Part shown: positions 17,278 to 27,353 of the stretch, one piece after another | How positions within the stretch are numbered: the stretch's first letter is position 1 | Layout of the letters: each line of letters begins with the position of its first letter | Assembly: GCA_963744145.1 (NCBI GenBank) | Contig: CAVUSO010000001.1 | Coordinates: 800,001-864,000, forward strand | Reading direction: 5' to 3' | Length of the DNA: 64,000 bases | Source of the DNA: an uncultured cyanobacterium | GTDB taxonomy: Bacteria; Cyanobacteriota; Cyanobacteriia; Cyanobacteriales; CAWUOF01 | Position numbers and translations under genes: made by a program | The notes under the pieces: model-generated | Told to the model about the DNA's origin: nothing | The model's database searches: none | Seen by the model: the letters and a program-made list of their open reading frames with translations, nothing else

Positions 17278-18594
17278 ATGACTAACGAGTTAAATTCTAA
17301 TTCTTCCCAGCCTTCTAATTCTTCTCTACCAGAAAATCAGTCCGCTGCCGCAAAAATAATTACACCCGATGCTAACACTCTAAATGCGACGGTGAACTCA
17401 ACAGCATCAGCAACTCTGGTAACAGTTAAACCCTCATCCCAGGATCAGTTTCGGCACCAAAAAGAGCAAATTAGTCAGGCTAATCCCGATCTGGTAATTG
17501 GGGGTGCGATCGCTGTGATGTTAATTGGGTTAGCCATTAATAATTCATGGTTAGGAATTGGTGCTGCGCTGATCACCTTGTTAATTACTGGAGTCAGAAT
17601 TTGGCCCGTTCTGGCGAGAATTTGCGCTCAATTATTACCACCAAAAAAGCGATCGCAAATATTAGTTGCGGTCGGAATCTTCATCGCGTTTCTCAGTTTA
17701 TTAAAATTTCTAGGTGTGTCTGAATATTTCCAGAACTGGAGTCAAAAGATTTCTTGGGAAGCATTTGGGACGATCGCTGAATGGTTTGGAGCCTTAGGGC
17801 AAATCTTTATTGCTATCTTAGCTGTTTATATCGCTTGGCAACAATATGTAATTTCTCGCGATCTGACCCTAGAACAAAATCGTCTGACTACCCAACAAAA
17901 TATCCTGACCCAACAACAAACCATCGATGCTTATTTTCAAGGAATTTCCGAATTAGCTTTAGATGATGAAGGATTATTAGAAGATTGGCCCCAGGAAAGA
18001 GCCTTTTGTGAAGGACGTACTGCGGCGATTTTAAGTAGTGTTGATGCTTCTGGTAAAGCCAAAGTGTTACGTTTTTTGTCTCAGTCGCGCTTACTGACAC
18101 CTTTAAAACGCGATCGCCACTTAGGTCGTCCGATTTTAAATGGGGATGGAGGTTATGAAGAAGATTGTATTGACGGTGTTCGCGTGATCGATCTAGGCAT
18201 TATGTTAGCTGGTGCTAATCTCGCTGGGACTGATTTACGCTGGACAGAACTCAGAGAAGCAAATATGATCAAAGCCAATTTAACTGCCTGTGATCTAGTA
18301 AAAGCCAATCTCGCCCGCACCATATTATATGAAGCCAAACTCATCGGTGCAGATCTCAAAGGAGCGAAATTATTTTATGGTAAAGCTGAAGCCGCCAGTC
18401 CCCGCAGTCGGACTCAATTTCCGGACTATCAAACTGGGCTATATACAGGTGCCGTAATCGAAAATGCCGACTTCACCAACGTCCAAAGACTTGATGATGA
18501 ACAGCGCTATTATTGCTGTGCTTGGTGTGGAGAAAAAGCCAGAGCCAATATCCCTGGAGGTTGTGAGGGTATTCCTAACAAACTAGGACGCTGA
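17278..18594 (+). CDS. Membrane-anchored pentapeptide repeat protein
   Basis: Transmembrane segments followed by A(N/D)LxG-type pentapeptides. Confidence 0.9.
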   Translation: MTNELNSNSSQPSNSSLPENQSAAAKIITPDANTLNATVNSTASATLVTVKPSSQDQFRHQKEQISQANPDLVIGGAIAVMLIGLAINNSWLGIGAALITLLITGVRIWPVLARICAQLLPPKKRSQILVAVGIFIAFLSLLKFLGVSEYFQNWSQKISWEAFGTIAEWFGALGQIFIAILAVYIAWQQYVISRDLTLEQNRLTTQQNILTQQQTIDAYFQGISELALDDEGLLEDWPQERAFCEGRTAAILSSVDASGKAKVLRFLSQSRLLTPLKRDRHLGRPILNGDGGYEEDCIDGVRVIDLGIMLAGANLAGTDLRWTELREANMIKANLTACDLVKANLARTILYEAKLIGADLKGAKLFYGKAEAASPRSRTQFPDYQTGLYTGAVIENADFTNVQRLDDEQRYYCCAWCGEKARANIPGGCEGIPNKLGR

Positions 18595-18601
18595 TATCTA
18601 T

Positions 18602-18636
18602 CCCTTCGACTCCGCTCAGGGAACACTCAGGGCAAG
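18602..18636. repeat. 24-nt small dispersed repeat plus a half copy
   Basis: CCCTTCGACTCCGCTCAGGGAACA followed by CTCAGGGCAAG, between convergent genes. Confidence 0.85.
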
Positions 18637-18638
18637 CC

Positions 18639-19184
18639 TTAAGATTGTTCTAACAGATTTAGTCGCTCCCACCACCGATTGAGGGGAAAATAAACAACCG
18701 GAGCCCACAAACTACTCAGAATCGCTGAAGCTAGAGCGATCCGCTGATAATAAGTCCAAATTTCAGCTATAGTGCGATCGCCCTGGAGTGCAAACTGACA
18801 AGCTCGTACCGTTTCCGATAATAGCGACATCCCAAATACAATTAAAGCCGCAGAGATAAAATCTTCTTGAATATAACGCTGCTTCTGTAAACGAGCTGTC
18901 AGATATCCCACTAATCCCAGACTAATCGCATGAGTAGGATGGGGAGAAGTCATGGCATCTTGCAGAAACCCTAAAGTTAATCCAGCAATCATTCCTTGTC
19001 TAGATGTGCGCTTCACACTCCAAGCTACCACCCAAATTAATAACCAATTAGGACTTATTCCTAATAATTCCATCCCAGGAAAACGAGTGGGCAAGATTAA
19101 TAAACAGATAATCACAGAAACAATCGTGACAATCGCGTTGAGAATATGCCGAGTCCAAGGATTCCAACGAGACAAATTGTTCAC
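18639..19184 (-). CDS. mreD: Rod shape-determining protein MreD
   Basis: Hydrophobic 181-aa protein, third gene after mreB-mreC. Confidence 0.93.
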   Translation of the reverse strand: MNNLSRWNPWTRHILNAIVTIVSVIICLLILPTRFPGMELLGISPNWLLIWVVAWSVKRTSRQGMIAGLTLGFLQDAMTSPHPTHAISLGLVGYLTARLQKQRYIQEDFISAALIVFGMSLLSETVRACQFALQGDRTIAEIWTYYQRIALASAILSSLWAPVVYFPLNRWWERLNLLEQS

Positions 19185-20014
19185 TGACTTGGTTCTCCTT
19201 CCTCATGTTCAGGAGTTGGTAAAAAAGGATTGGTTTTTGGAGGTGACTGGGGTGGAAAGAAGTTTTTTTCCGAGATCGGCTTAGTCGGAGTGACAATTAC
19301 CCATTCAAGATTATTAATTGGTGCCGAAAGTTCAATGATTGCTTCAGGAGCAGGACTTTTATTCAGATTTACCGACTCTATATGTCCTACTGGTAAACCT
19401 GGGGGAAACAACTGACTAAAACTTGAGGTAGAAACCACATCACCACGACGTACATCTGGGTCTTTATCAAAAAACTCCATTACGGCAAGATTTTCTGCTT
19501 GTCCGCGCATAAAACCCATATAACGACTTCGGCTAATCGTTACTCCCACTCGACTCGTCGGATCACTAATTAGTAATACCTTACTGGTATTTTCAGTCAC
19601 GGCCACAATTCGCCCGACTAAACCACCAACACCACTCACCACAAAACCGACTTGAATGCCATCTTTAGTCCCGCGTCCAATAATAATCTGTTGCCACCAA
19701 TGGTCTGAACTACGTCCTACAATCGGCGCGACAATTTCGTCTTTTTTATTGGTAGAAATATAACCAGTTAACTCTTTGAGCTTTTGATTTTGGTTTTCTA
19801 GTTCTACTAAACGCTCTTGCAGTTCTTTCATCCGAGCATTCACCATCCACTCTTGCTGAGGTGGATCAAAATCAAACGGACGGATCACCGATTTATAAAT
19901 TTCAAACAGAGCAGCTCCTTGAGTCTGCCGAACTAACCAAGCGGCACCGAGAGCTAGACCTCCCAGAATGATTTGTAATCCATGCCGATCCCACCAATGA
20001 CGCAGTGTATACAT
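19181..20014 (-). CDS. mreC: Rod shape-determining protein MreC
   Basis: TM segment and coiled coil, GLVGRI, GDVVSTS..FPPGLPVG. Confidence 0.95.
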   Translation of the reverse strand: MYTLRHWWDRHGLQIILGGLALGAAWLVRQTQGAALFEIYKSVIRPFDFDPPQQEWMVNARMKELQERLVELENQNQKLKELTGYISTNKKDEIVAPIVGRSSDHWWQQIIIGRGTKDGIQVGFVVSGVGGLVGRIVAVTENTSKVLLISDPTSRVGVTISRSRYMGFMRGQAENLAVMEFFDKDPDVRRGDVVSTSSFSQLFPPGLPVGHIESVNLNKSPAPEAIIELSAPINNLEWVIVTPTKPISEKNFFPPQSPPKTNPFLPTPEHEEGEPSQ

Positions 20015-20238
20015 TCCACCTAAAAAGTCTTTAATTTATTTGGGCTATTTTTGGGCATATTTTCCATGTTTCTCGCACCCTGTTTTCATTCATTCCCTGG
20101 CGAGGTTTAAATATCTAAATCAGCAAAGATTTTATCTAGCCCCAGCCTGTTCTAATTTCACTAACTTGCACCCTAAGATTTACAACAGCTCTGATCTTTC
20201 ACTTATCGGCTCAAATTAGCCGATCGACAGTTTTAATT

Positions 20239-21282
20239 TTACATATGACGTGAGCGTCCACTAAAGACCCGCTCTAACTGTTTGAAGTTTTCCAATACGC
20301 GGCCCGTACCTAACACCACACAACTGAGCGGATCGGCGGCTACATGAGTAATAATACCCGTTTCATGACTGATCAATGTATCTAATCCTTTCAACAAAGC
20401 CCCACCACCAGCTAACATGATGCCGCGATCGATAATATCTGCGGCCAGTTCTGGGGGAGTTCTTTCCAGAGTGCGTTTTACCGCTTCTATAATCACCGCT
20501 AAAGGCTCTGCCATACTTTCTCGAATTTCTGGTCCTTTGATCGTCACCGTTCTTGGCAATCCAGACAGCAGGTGCAATCCCCGCACTTCCATCAGGGCAT
20601 CATCATCATCGTGAGTGGGATAAGCCGAGCCAATTTGGATCTTGATTTCTTCTGAAGTCCGTTCCCCAATGACTAAATTATGGACTTTTTTCATGTATTG
20701 GGTGATGGCTTCGCTTAGTTCATCTCCAGCGATGCGGACTGATTCGCTAATCACTGTACCTTGTAGACTCAACACCGCCACTTCGGTCGTGCCACCACCT
20801 ATATCAATAATCATGTTTCCCGTCGGTTCAGCCACGGGTAAACCAGCACCGATCGCTGCTGCTACTGGTTCATCAATCAGGTAGACATCCCGCGCACCTG
20901 CTTGGGAAGCGGCTTCCATGACTGCTCTTCGCTCTACACCAGTTACACCAGAAGGAATCCCAATCACCACCCGGGGTGAAACTAAAGTTCTCCCGTCATG
21001 GACTCGTCTAATAAAATGCTTGAGCATCAATTCGGCAGTATCGAAATCCGCAATTACACCATCACGTAGAGGGCGTAGAGCAATTACGTTTCCCGGAGTG
21101 CGCCCCAGCATCTTTTTGGCGTCTTCCCCAACAGCTAAGGGGACTTTTTCGTCTTTGTCAATAGCAACAACTGAAGGTTCTTGAAGAACAATGCCTTTAC
21201 CAGATACATACACCAGCGTGTTAGCGGTACCAAGATCGATACCCATGTCCCGGGATAATGAAAAGCGACTGAAAAGACCCAC
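20239..21282 (-). CDS. mreB: Rod shape-determining protein MreB
   Basis: GIDLGTANT, DIGGGTTEV and LAGGGALL motifs. Confidence 0.98.
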   Translation of the reverse strand: MGLFSRFSLSRDMGIDLGTANTLVYVSGKGIVLQEPSVVAIDKDEKVPLAVGEDAKKMLGRTPGNVIALRPLRDGVIADFDTAELMLKHFIRRVHDGRTLVSPRVVIGIPSGVTGVERRAVMEAASQAGARDVYLIDEPVAAAIGAGLPVAEPTGNMIIDIGGGTTEVAVLSLQGTVISESVRIAGDELSEAITQYMKKVHNLVIGERTSEEIKIQIGSAYPTHDDDDALMEVRGLHLLSGLPRTVTIKGPEIRESMAEPLAVIIEAVKRTLERTPPELAADIIDRGIMLAGGGALLKGLDTLISHETGIITHVAADPLSCVVLGTGRVLENFKQLERVFSGRSRHM

Positions 21283-21493
21283 TCGTTTCTACGCTCCCAA
21301 ATAAAAGATTATGCGAGTTATAATGTAACGTATTTGTAACCGAGGTGGATTCTATTATGTTTTTTCTCTAGAGTCTAGTCAGGTAGAATAAGTTCTTCTC
21401 ACCTGCCGATCAGAGTGATCATCCACTTATTGAGTCCGAGTTGAGCAAAACCTAATCCGGATTAACTGTTACCAGCAATCCTGGCTATTTGGT

Positions 21494-21721
21494 TTAGAGG
21501 GGAGTTTTTTGTAATTCTGGGCGTTCTTCAGGTAAAATCGCCCCTTCGATCGGGCAGACCTGAAGGCAAATTCCGCAGTCAATACAGGTAGCAAAATCAA
21601 TCCAGTACCATGAGTTACCTGTGACATTTGTGCCCGGACCTGGATGAATACAAGCTACTGGACAAGCGTCAACGCAGTCGGCAATTCCTTCACAGGTATT
21701 GGTAACGATTGTATGTGGCAA
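21494..21721 (-). CDS. 4Fe-4S dicluster ferredoxin
   Basis: CEGIADCVDACP and CIDCGICLQVCP. TTG start after AAGGAG. Confidence 0.92.
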   Translation of the reverse strand: MPHTIVTNTCEGIADCVDACPVACIHPGPGTNVTGNSWYWIDFATCIDCGICLQVCPIEGAILPEERPELQKTPL

Positions 21722-21748
21722 TGTGTTCTCCTTACCTACCAATAGTTT

Positions 21749-22981
21749 TTATTCATTAGCTAAGGTTTCAATTTCTGGTATTCCTTCAGATTTTACCCAG
21801 GCAATTTGACTAATTCGCCGCTCTTGAGCATACTCACGTACTAAGTCAGGTGTTTTTCTATCACCTAAGTCTATCTCAACCCGAACTAAATGAGGAGATG
21901 ATGCCCTCAATTTTTGAGCATAGATAAATGCGGCGCTGTAAGCTTGGGGATTAACTGCTGCGACTAACCAGTCACTTGTAGGGGTTTGATGAGGAATTTC
22001 TCCGTTGGTGAGGAGGAATTGGTGTAGTTCTTCGATATTGAGTGCAAAGCCAATCCCGGAGATTTGTTTATGTTTGGGATGGTACAACTCTAATAAATGA
22101 TCGTAACGTCCCCCCTGTCCAAAAATCCGCAATCCTGAATGGGTATGACTCACTACTTCAAAGACAATACCTGTATAGTAATCAAAGGTTTGTAACAAAC
22201 TCAGGTCTAGCACCATGGGCAATTGGGTTGGGGGGTAACACTCTTGCAGTAAATCAGTGAGGGATTTCAGATTATTAACGATTTCCTGCTGCTGGGGTGC
22301 TAATTCTAAATTGCTAATTCGCTGCAAGACCTCTTGCGGTTTTCCCCTTAATCCCAAGATAAATAATGCTAGCTGACGTAGTTCTGGAGACAGGGGTAAA
22401 GTTTCTAGCGTCACTTGATCAAGATTGGCGATCGCTAGACGTACTTGGTCTCGTAAATCTGGTGGAAAGGGTGACAGGAGCGATCGGGTCAGTCCCGCTT
22501 CTCCTAAAATCAAGTGCCACCCTGAACATCCCAAACTTTGCAAACAATCTGACAGCAAAAGTAAGATTTCACTATCAGCTAAGATCCCGTCAGCACCCAA
22601 TAATTCTACTCCTGTCTGGTAAAACTCATGCTGAGTGCCATCGGCACTTGACCGGGAGCGACGAAAGATATTGGCATGATAATACAACCTTTGGGGATAG
22701 GTATCTTCTGCCATTCGGGTAACTGCGGTTCTCGCGATCGATGCAGTTAGTTCTGGACGCAACCCTAAAATTTCATCTTCAGCATCTTGAAATTGAATCA
22801 CGTTAGCACGCTGAATTGCGCCACCAGCCATTAAAGTATCTAACCGCTCTAAAGTTGAGGTCATAATGCGATGATAACCCCAACGATGAAATACTTGCTG
22901 TAAGCGCTTTTCGATCCAACTTTGTTGGGCTACATCCAGCGGGAGCAAATCTCTAGCCCCAGTTGGTGGTTGATGAACCAT
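21749..22981 (-). CDS. hisZ: ATP phosphoribosyltransferase regulatory subunit
   Basis: PTGARDLLP, LRPELTASIAR, DYYTGIVF and GGRYD (HisRS-like). Confidence 0.93.
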   Translation of the reverse strand: MVHQPPTGARDLLPLDVAQQSWIEKRLQQVFHRWGYHRIMTSTLERLDTLMAGGAIQRANVIQFQDAEDEILGLRPELTASIARTAVTRMAEDTYPQRLYYHANIFRRSRSSADGTQHEFYQTGVELLGADGILADSEILLLLSDCLQSLGCSGWHLILGEAGLTRSLLSPFPPDLRDQVRLAIANLDQVTLETLPLSPELRQLALFILGLRGKPQEVLQRISNLELAPQQQEIVNNLKSLTDLLQECYPPTQLPMVLDLSLLQTFDYYTGIVFEVVSHTHSGLRIFGQGGRYDHLLELYHPKHKQISGIGFALNIEELHQFLLTNGEIPHQTPTSDWLVAAVNPQAYSAAFIYAQKLRASSPHLVRVEIDLGDRKTPDLVREYAQERRISQIAWVKSEGIPEIETLANE

Positions 22982-23961
22982 TATTTTTTCTTTCCACCTC
23001 CAAATAGACCGCCAAAAAAACCACCTCCACCAGATTTATCTGGGGGTTTTTGACCTGGTTTTGGTGGTGGTGCAGCTTTTCCTCCTCCCGATTGGGCTTT
23101 TGGTGGTGCTGCGGGTTTCCCACCCGTTGTGCCCGATCCTGGTTCTAATTTTTTCTTTGCTTCTAAAGCAATTGGTTCTTGTGGATTCAATTGCAATGCT
23201 TTGTTAATATGACTTTTAGCCGCTGTTGGTTGATTTTGCTTTATGTAAATCATCCCCATCAAGCCATGGGCTCGACTACTATTAGGATCTAACTTCAGCG
23301 CTGACTGTAATTCACTTTTAGCCCGAGCTAAATCATTCAGCTTAATCAAGTCTTCCGCTCGACGACAGTAACTATCAATCATCCCTTGCTGTGCTACAGA
23401 CCGATTCGGAGTAGAACCTCCCGTTGTCGATGGGGAAGCTTGAGCAGGAGATGCTGGGTTTGCTGCTGGACGAATACCTTTGCTTTCTTTGCGTAGTAAA
23501 TACACTAGATTTAGCTCACTAATCTGACCGATTAAGTTCAACACTTGATTGAGTGATTCATACTGATTTTGAGCTAAGTGGTTTAAAGCTGTATGGTAAG
23601 CGTTATCTAAGTCTCCGGCTTTGGCTAGTTGTTTAGCTGCTTCGGTGAGCAGTTCAATTTTATTTGGTTCTTGAATCAGACGCTGACCGGTTCTTTTTAA
23701 CAGTACACCATATTCAGCTTTTTCCCGTTCATGGGATAATTTTGAATAAGCGGGACTGACTAATTTAGAAAATAGCTGAGTGGCCATTTTTTTTTCAATC
23801 TCGTTGTTTGCACCGCAGCTATCTGGATGAAGACGACGGGCTAGATATAAGCGATATCGTTTACTTATTTCCTCGATTGATGCGTCAATTGGTACTCCCA
23901 AAACTGCATGGTAGTCAGTGAAATCAAATTTGAATAGCCCTTGTTTAATTTGAAAAGACAT
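22981..23961 (-). CDS. J-domain + TPR protein
   Basis: DYHAVLGV..LHPD and a C-terminal TPR. Confidence 0.9.
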   Translation of the reverse strand: MSFQIKQGLFKFDFTDYHAVLGVPIDASIEEISKRYRLYLARRLHPDSCGANNEIEKKMATQLFSKLVSPAYSKLSHEREKAEYGVLLKRTGQRLIQEPNKIELLTEAAKQLAKAGDLDNAYHTALNHLAQNQYESLNQVLNLIGQISELNLVYLLRKESKGIRPAANPASPAQASPSTTGGSTPNRSVAQQGMIDSYCRRAEDLIKLNDLARAKSELQSALKLDPNSSRAHGLMGMIYIKQNQPTAAKSHINKALQLNPQEPIALEAKKKLEPGSGTTGGKPAAPPKAQSGGGKAAPPPKPGQKPPDKSGGGGFFGGLFGGGKKK

Positions 23962-24069
23962 ACTGCGCTTTCCAACTCCGTTGCCGATTATATATTTTTA
24001 TTGTACTTCGCTCTCTCCGAGCGATTGGTATGATATTTGTGCTACTACATGGCTAAGATTTGCTAGTTT

Positions 24070-24894
24070 TCACTTTTCGCTGCCAGAAGATTTACTAGCA
24101 AGAAGTTCAGCTGATAAAGCTGTATGTAAATGACCATTAGTGGCCAAAACTCGACCAGATTTAATTTCCACTGGACTACCATCGTAAGCAGTTACTTTGC
24201 CCCCAGATTCTGCCACGATTAAAATACCTGCGGCTATATCCCAAGGGGATAATCCTCTTTCCCAGTATCCATCTAATCTACCACAAGCAACATAAGCTAA
24301 GTCCAGAGCTGCTGAACCACTCCGACGCACTCCTTGGGTTAAATGGGTGAGGTGACAAAATTCCGCATAATTATTGTCGGAGGTTTCGCGCCGATCGTAG
24401 GCAAATCCAGTTACTAGCAAACTTTTACTCAATTGGTTGGTTGATGACACTGTAATTGGACGACGGTTACGAGTAGCACCATTACCTTTGACTGCTCGAA
24501 ATAGTTCGTTCCGAAAAGGATCAAAAATTACTCCCACTTGCGGAATTCCCTCCATCAGAAGTCCAATTGAAGTAGCTGCAATGGGATATTGATGTGCATA
24601 GTTAGTCGTCCCATCTAACGGGTCGATCGCCCAAAGATATTTGCTATCGAGAACTCCCAGTTGACCTGATTCTTCGGCTAGGATGCCATGATCGGGAAGA
24701 TGACGTTGCAATATTTCTAAAATAGCTTTTTCTGCGGCTTGATCTGCTTCTGTAACTAAATCTCCAGGATGGGTTTTTTCTTGAATATCTTCTAGTTCTC
24801 CTAGTTTAGCTTGCAAAATCGCACCAGCCGCTAGTGCTGCTTCGGTGGCAATATCTAAAAAGTTTAAAAGTTGCTGGGGATGATTCAGGTTCAT
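24070..24894 (-). CDS. suhB: Inositol monophosphatase family protein
   Basis: WAIDPLDGTTNY and WDIAAG motifs. Confidence 0.92.
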   Translation of the reverse strand: MNLNHPQQLLNFLDIATEAALAAGAILQAKLGELEDIQEKTHPGDLVTEADQAAEKAILEILQRHLPDHGILAEESGQLGVLDSKYLWAIDPLDGTTNYAHQYPIAATSIGLLMEGIPQVGVIFDPFRNELFRAVKGNGATRNRRPITVSSTNQLSKSLLVTGFAYDRRETSDNNYAEFCHLTHLTQGVRRSGSAALDLAYVACGRLDGYWERGLSPWDIAAGILIVAESGGKVTAYDGSPVEIKSGRVLATNGHLHTALSAELLASKSSGSEK

Positions 24895-24939
24895 GGTTTG
24901 GCTCAATAAGTTCTCAATGAGGATTTTTTCCACCTATGC

Positions 24940-25473
24940 TTAAGACCGATTTTGAGCGCGAAACTCACTCGGAGTCAGACGCATCGGATTTTTTGAGTCC
25001 CAGATTCCTAGTCCTAGTAGTCTAGCTTGTTCTTGAGCGCGAGCCAGACGTTCATTATATTTATTGTTAGGCGATCGCGGTACGGCTAAAGCATATCCTT
25101 GGGCAACTAATTTTTCATTGACTAAATCCCGATCGCACCATACATAAGCCATCTTTCTCCCATAGTTGTCTTCTGGTTCTCGGTCTAACTCTAATAATAC
25201 GGGTTGTTCCTTGAGTATTTCTGTTAAATATTGTTTGGCTGCTTGTCCCCAAGGTTGTTGACGCAAGTCTGGTGCTTCAATTCCAATCAAACGCACTTTG
25301 ACCAGAGGTTGACCTGCGATTTCTAAGGTTTGACCACTAATTACTCGCTCTACCTTGACTGTTAATTCTGGGGATGGAGATTGAGTTTGACAACTGATCA
25401 ACAAGGGAAGACAGCTAATTAACAGATGGAGCGGATTGACAAATTTTTTAATCTTCGTCCAGAGGTAGTCCAA
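24940..25473 (-). CDS. Thermonuclease (SNase) family lipoprotein
   Basis: VRLIGIEAP, DNYGR and LVNEKLVAQGYA, plus an LLISC lipobox. Start inferred at TTG 25473, overlapping the ferredoxin 3' end. Confidence 0.85.
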   Translation of the reverse strand: MDYLWTKIKKFVNPLHLLISCLPLLISCQTQSPSPELTVKVERVISGQTLEIAGQPLVKVRLIGIEAPDLRQQPWGQAAKQYLTEILKEQPVLLELDREPEDNYGRKMAYVWCDRDLVNEKLVAQGYALAVPRSPNNKYNERLARAQEQARLLGLGIWDSKNPMRLTPSEFRAQNRS

Positions 25474-25816
25474 CTTGAACCTTTCCTTTACCAAAGTAGC
25501 GACCAAACTGGAGTTCGTAGACTTCATCTTCGTCTTGGGTTTCTACTTCCAAGTCCGAGCGGGGATAGCTGACACATAATAAAGCATATCCTTGGGCACG
25601 TAAACCAGGAGAAAGTCCCATTGCTTCCGGTTGATGTACTTCCCCAGCAATAATTCGCACAGCACAACTGGTACAAGCACCATTTCGACAAGAAAAGGGG
25701 AGAATAAAACCTTGACTTTCTGCCCAATGCAGAATATAGCGATCTTCTGGTGCTGTAAAAGTATAGCGATCGCCTTTTTGACGATCATGAATGGTTACAT
25801 TATAGGAACGGGTCAT
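25448..25816 (-). CDS. 2Fe-2S ferredoxin
   Basis: SCRNGACTSC...LLCVSYPRSD. Confidence 0.95.
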   Translation of the reverse strand: MTRSYNVTIHDRQKGDRYTFTAPEDRYILHWAESQGFILPFSCRNGACTSCAVRIIAGEVHQPEAMGLSPGLRAQGYALLCVSYPRSDLEVETQDEDEVYELQFGRYFGKGKVQVGLPLDED

Positions 25817-25965
25817 TTATTTGGTGCCTGGAAGCAAATTTCAGCAATATATCTCAAGCTAAGACTAAGACAAATTAGACCTGATTGATCTATTGTTATT
25901 TATTGATTTTAGTGTCCCACTTTGAGAGTCTGTCCCTTTTTTATCTAAAAATTTTTTCTATCCTC

Positions 25966-25995
25966 TTGACATACTTATTCAGGTTCTGCTAATAT
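25966..25995 (+). promoter_or_regulatory. Sigma70-type promoter for tRNA-Ser
   Basis: TTGACA, 18 bp, then TAATAT with an extended TG. Confidence 0.6.
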
Positions 25996-26030
25996 TGTTT
26001 TCCTGTGGATAATTAAATAAGTTAGTTTTT

Positions 26031-26117
26031 GGAGAGGTGGCCGAGTGGTTTAAGGCGCAGCACTGGAAATGCTGTGATGGGGTAACTTATCCGAGGGTTC
26101 AAATCCCTCCTTCTCCG
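26031..26117 (+). tRNA. tRNA-Ser(GGA)
   Basis: GGAGAGG/CTTCTCC acceptor stem, CAGCA-CTGGAAA-TGCTG anticodon arm, long variable arm and GTTCAAATC T-loop. Confidence 0.97.
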
Positions 26118-26151
26118 TATTTTTTTACTAAAATAGCATTGAGTTCAGGAT

Positions 26152-26931
26152 TTAAGTTCTGAGTTCGTTTTTCCATGCAATTACTCGAATGCGTCGATAG
26201 TCGGCGCTCCATTTGCCATGATCATATAAAATTGGTCGTAGCTGCTGTTCAACTGCTTTAATCACCTCAGCTTTTTCAGTCTGATCTAGTCTTGATAGCA
26301 AAGAATTAGTAAACATTTCTAACCAATTTGCTAGTCCTAAATCTCCATCTGCTAAAGGTGTTGGACGTTCAAATAAAACTGCATATTTAACATCAAAACC
26401 TTGCTGTTCTAACAGGGTAGTATATTCACCAATACTGGGAAAATACCAAGGGTTGATTTCTGTTAGGTCTAGATGATTTTTAGTTTCTAAAACCTGGAAA
26501 AGAGCAGTAGCGATCGCTTGAATATTTCCTTTTCCACCAAATTCTGCGACAAATCTACCTCCTGGTTTTAGCGATCGCCAAATACAATTAATTACTGACT
26601 TTGCTTCGAGAATCCAGTGTAATGCTGCATTGGAAAAAACCGCATCAAATAATTGTCCAAGTTGAAAATTTTTACCATCAGCAACTACAAATTCAATTTG
26701 AGGATAGTTAGCTTTAGCTGTACTAATCATGGTGGAACTATGATCAATTCCCATTACTTCTGCACCAGTTTGGGAGATTTGAGCAGTTAATTGTCCTGTC
26801 CCACAACCGAGGTCAAGAATTTTTTCTCCTGGTTGGGGATTAAGTAAGGAAATTAAATCTTCTCCATATTGCCAAACAAATGCGTGTTTAGCTTCATAAA
26901 GATCAGAATTCCAGATATTTTCAGATGACAT
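26152..26931 (-). CDS. Class I SAM-dependent methyltransferase
   Basis: ILDLGCGTG, FDAVFSNAALHW and LKPGG motifs. Confidence 0.93.
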   Translation of the reverse strand: MSSENIWNSDLYEAKHAFVWQYGEDLISLLNPQPGEKILDLGCGTGQLTAQISQTGAEVMGIDHSSTMISTAKANYPQIEFVVADGKNFQLGQLFDAVFSNAALHWILEAKSVINCIWRSLKPGGRFVAEFGGKGNIQAIATALFQVLETKNHLDLTEINPWYFPSIGEYTTLLEQQGFDVKYAVLFERPTPLADGDLGLANWLEMFTNSLLSRLDQTEKAEVIKAVEQQLRPILYDHGKWSADYRRIRVIAWKNELRT

Positions 26932-26945
26932 AATTTCCTGAGTGA

Positions 26946-27323
26946 TTAATTTTGATGGAACTGAGAATACTTGATTTTTGTTCGTAGGGTTTTGATGTAG
27001 TTAGATGTTACTGTCACTATGTCATTCAGCTCGGTCATTAAATTATCCAGCTTCTGCGCTGGGATTAATTCCGATTCGATCAATAATTCTAACCAATATA
27101 GACATCGATCTCCTTCTTGTTCTACTAAACTTAATTTCGTGATCATATCGGGATAGGATTTACAGCGACAAGCAGCACGGTAATAAGCACCCATAAAACT
27201 AGATGTGCGGAGTAATTCTTTACTAATTAATTCTGTTTCTGCGCTTAATGGTAATGCTCGGACTAATCGCATTACTCGTAAAGCAACATTTTTAGTGCGG
27301 TGTTTAAATTCTAGTTCATTCAT
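26946..27323 (-). CDS. Four-helix-bundle protein (23S rRNA IVP-like family)
   Basis: KELLRTSSFMGAYYRAACR..E..YWLELL. Confidence 0.85.
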   Translation of the reverse strand: MNELEFKHRTKNVALRVMRLVRALPLSAETELISKELLRTSSFMGAYYRAACRCKSYPDMITKLSLVEQEGDRCLYWLELLIESELIPAQKLDNLMTELNDIVTVTSNYIKTLRTKIKYSQFHQN

Positions 27324-27353
27324 AGGTAAATGTCTAAATTTAAGTCTTTTTCT

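Noticed and set aside
26031..26117. tRNA-Ser as an integration site for an island
   Set aside because: No integrase and no duplicated tRNA 3' end was seen.
26946..27323. Four-helix-bundle gene as the Avd of a diversity-generating retroelement
   Set aside because: There is no reverse transcriptase and no TR/VR pair in the window.
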